Positions 23,817 to 24,000 of a DNA stretch of 24,000 nucleotides are shown here, one piece after another (the first letter of the stretch is position 1; each line of letters opens with the position of its first letter). Under the pieces are notes generated by a model. That model was not told the DNA's origin. It did no database searches and was given only the letters and a program-made list of their open reading frames with translations. The stretch lies in the sequence record KP890823.1; one strand, given 5' to 3'. A program made the position numbers and the translations under genes. The stretch is from Proteus phage vB_PmiM_Pm5461.

Positions 23817-24000
23817 TCAATTCTCCGGATATCTTTCTTCATCATCGGCACCGTCTAAAACCTTGATTTCTATTTCATCAGGTTTACGATCATTTTTAGA
23901 TAATTGTCGTTTATAATACCGTTCACAATATTTACATGTCGTACCACAGATTTCATTAGCACAATCAAAATCAGGATGTTTAAACCAACGTTTATTTAAA
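23817..24000 (-). CDS. partial ORF, Cys-rich protein truncated by the window edge
   Basis: Minus-strand open frame from the window edge: LNKRWFKHPDFDCANEICGTTCKYCERYYKRQLSKNDRKPDEIEIKVLDGADDEERYPEN*; CxxC-like zinc-binding pattern. Confidence 0.5.
   Translation of the reverse strand, partial: LNKRWFKHPDFDCANEICGTTCKYCERYYKRQLSKNDRKPDEIEIKVLDGADDEERYPEN

Noticed and set aside
1-24000. CRISPR arrays, tRNA or rRNA genes, integrase/transposase genes
   Set aside because: No regularly spaced repeats, no cloverleaf-like intergenic sequences and no integrase/transposase motifs were seen. Coding density is too high for hidden RNA clusters, though no tRNA-scan was run.

Overview
The window is a block of a T4-like (Straboviridae-type) phage replication/recombination region. 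Every supported gene is on the minus strand. Recognised genes in transcription order (high to low coordinate): dCMP-hydroxymethylase/thymidylate-synthase-family enzyme (42-like), uvsX recombinase, DnaB-type helicase (41), primase (61), dCTPase/dUTPase (56), dda helicase, dexA exonuclease, topoisomerase ATPase subunit (39), topoisomerase TOPRIM-containing fragment (60), and rIIA. The strongest finding is a T4 gene 60-type translational bypass element at 2834-2887. Codon 46 (GGG) sits at the end of the TOPRIM motif 'IMTDADVDG'. It is followed at once by UAG and a UUCG-capped hairpin, and the gene resumes after a GGA landing codon preceded by a GAG mini-SD. The gap is 51 nt and in frame, unlike the 50-nt gap of T4, and take-off and landing codons differ (GGG/GGA). 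A free-standing HNH endonuclease gene separates the 39-like and 60-like parts, as mobE does in T4. The second main finding is that uvsX is fractured into two ORFs, each carrying half of a split intein. A GIY-YIG endonuclease gene lies between the halves and a Vsr-like (EDxHD-type) endonuclease gene abuts the 3' half. Two endonuclease genes have hairpins that would sequester their ribosome-binding sites. Three near-identical sigma70-like promoters (TTTACA-N17-TATWTT) were found. Other observations are a chorismate-mutase-like ORF, a candidate glycosyltransferase in the beta-gt position, and two groups of small tandem paralogs.
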